A stretch of DNA of 63,492 nt, filler included, from Sphacelaria rigidula (lineage: Eukaryota), in the NCBI GenBank assembly GCA_964200075.2. It is 8 parts of 8 records of this genome, joined end to end, with 100 filler letters (N's around TTAATTAATTAA, not from the genome) between each part and the next. Parts side by side here need not be neighbours in the genome. Positions count along the whole stretch, not along the records: positions 55,645 to 63,492 come from CAXNAA020013246.1; 7 more parts are not named here. One strand, 5' to 3'. The position numbers were made by a program, and so were the translations under genes. The first letter of the stretch is position 1. Each line of letters starts with the position of its first letter. Under the pieces are notes generated by a model that worked only from the letters and a program-made list of their open reading frames with translations, did no database searches and was not told where the DNA came from. Shown one piece after another: positions 63,301 to 63,492 of the stretch.

Positions 63301-63492
63301 AGCACACGACAACCGCAACGTGGCGTTTCTGCAGCTTCGCCGCGACTTTCAATGGATCGACAGCCAAGGTACATGAGCACCGGTGATAGCTGTATGCGTT
63401 GTGTAAGCTCATGGGCTGAGCACGGTAGCAAATCTGGATCATGTGTGTGTGTTTTGTCGTCCCATTTATTCTGGGCGCCAGTCTATCCCTTT

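Overview
This window is not one locus. It is eight unrelated eukaryotic contigs of 7848-7850 bp, sorted by length and joined by artificial 100-bp spacers (N44-TTAATTAATTAA-N44). An EsV-1-7 repeat gene, GT-AG introns and a heavy transposon load point to a repeat-rich brown alga (Phaeophyceae); this is an inference. Most of the sequence is decayed Ty1/Copia, Ty3/Gypsy and LINE retroelements, many MITEs and a tRNA-derived SINE. Three host genes are visible. (1) A 3-exon ornithine decarboxylase (ODC)-fold gene that has lost the PLP and substrate residues of its own active site but keeps those an ODC subunit donates to its partner, making it a candidate heterodimer-forming pseudoenzyme. (2) An intronless EsV-1-7 Cys/His repeat gene with 17 x 38-aa repeats, a recurrent variable di-residue and an early TAG. 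(3) Exons of an RGG-tailed RNA-binding protein, possibly a DDX21-like helicase. Notable transposons are a Gypsy family lacking the RT and RNase H cores at the same junctions in two contigs, a Gypsy integrase with a chromodomain plus a PWWP/Tudor-like module, and four MITE families sharing one terminal motif. All alignments were done by eye.
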